Shown here piece after piece: positions 63,011 to 64,000 of a DNA stretch of 64,000 bases. The position numbers and the translations under genes were made by a program. How positions within the stretch are numbered: position 1 is the stretch's first letter; each line of letters begins with the position of its first letter. Under the pieces are notes generated by a model, which saw only the letters and a list, made by a program, of their open reading frames with translations, ran no database searches and was not told the origin of the DNA. Origin of the DNA: Candidatus Latescibacterota bacterium (lineage in GTDB: Bacteria; Latescibacterota; UBA2968; UBA8231); the NCBI GenBank assembly GCA_965223905.1, contig CBDCXV010000010.1, positions 512,001 through 576,000 of the forward strand, written 5' to 3'.

Positions 63011-64000
63011 CTACCGGTCCTGGGCGCGGAATCCGCGGCCGCGACGATGGCCTCCTCCTCCGTCAGGCCGATTTCGATCCAGCGAAAGTAGCTCCCGTAG
63101 CGCTCGGGATCGGCCTTGAACGAGTCCGAGGCCGCCGCGGCCGTGAACGACAGGGTGCTGTCCGACGCCAGGCCGACGGTGTCGAAGTCGGTAGCCTCGG
63201 TGTTCGGGCCCGGCCGCACCGTCACCTTTACCTTCACGGCCCCAGCCGCTTCTTCCGGCGCCGGCGACATGGTCACCCTCACCGTCGCGGTGTCGCCGTC
63301 TTCCGTCGCCACGTACGACGCGGCGCTGTAGGAGACGGTCCGCACCGGCGGTGCCCGCACCGGGCCGGTCGGGGGGCGCTCTCGGCCCGCTGCGAACCGT
63401 GGACGTCGGTGTAGCTGGCCCCGGGCCGAAGCACGTAGCCCACGTCCGAGTCGGGCGGCGTGTAGGCGCCGGACGCACCGGGCGAGCCCCGGTTCAACCA
63501 GGAGACCGGCTCCGTGTTGCTCGCCTGCCACTGCCACAGGGTACCGCGCACGCCGCGGTCCGGGTCGCTCAAGGTCGCCGTCAGTTCCGTGCCCGCCTGC
63601 GGCGACCGCGACGACAGGAGCACCTCGCCGGCCTCCGACGAGTCGGTCACCGTCACACGGACCTCGACCGGGGTCGACGACTGCGACCCGTCGTGACTCT
63701 CCAGGCTCACCACGTAGACGTTGTCCCCGGCCATGACACCGGCCGCCGCGTCGGCCACGTCGGCCGGCTGCTCGTAGTCCGGCGGGGTCACGAAATACAG
63801 CGTGTCCCCCCCGGCCCGGAAGGCGGTCGCATCCGCGCGCCCCAACTGCAACGTCAGACCCGGTGCCGGCAGCGTATACGTGGCCACCGAATCCGTGCGG
63901 TTCTCCGCATACGACACCGACGTCGGGCCCGACGGGGGCCGCGGAGGGGCGGTCATCGATTCCACCAACGTCACCTGAGCGCTCGACGGCGTGCCCGCTC
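63011..64000 (-). CDS. Cadherin/Calx-beta-type adhesin (partial, frameshifted)
   Basis: SVSYAEN, PPDYEQPAD..DNVYVV, VTVTD...LTATLSDPD, ASYTD, VSYSAASYVATEDG. Confidence 0.7.

Overview
GC-rich bacterial window with no rRNA, tRNA or CRISPR array detected. The gene content includes WD40, Kelch and cadherin repeat proteins, FlgD/T9SS-like C-terminal tails, PhyH dioxygenases, LLM monooxygenases and many glycosidases. By inference this resembles sponge-associated Latescibacterota/Poribacteria-like symbionts. The left part is metabolic: GH32, pyrD, a glxB / fused glxCD / GltD-like cluster with an XRE regulator, and a GH29 fucosidase. It is followed by a 21-repeat secreted WD40 gene. The most striking structure lies at about 34-52 kb: same-orientation ISCR/IS91-like rolling-circle elements, three of which keep an identical oriIS-like end and are truncated to different lengths on the other side. 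They form head-to-tail 'oriIS - partial transposase - cargo' units. The cargo includes a low-GC pair of Vps62/NPP1-like secreted proteins, a RelE-like toxin with an unfamiliar upstream partner, gene fragments, a PD-(D/E)XK nuclease and AbiE. The window is full of frameshifts (many at homopolymers, so possibly long-read errors) and of cleanly truncated gene fragments. All family calls come from motif recognition by eye; no database search was run.
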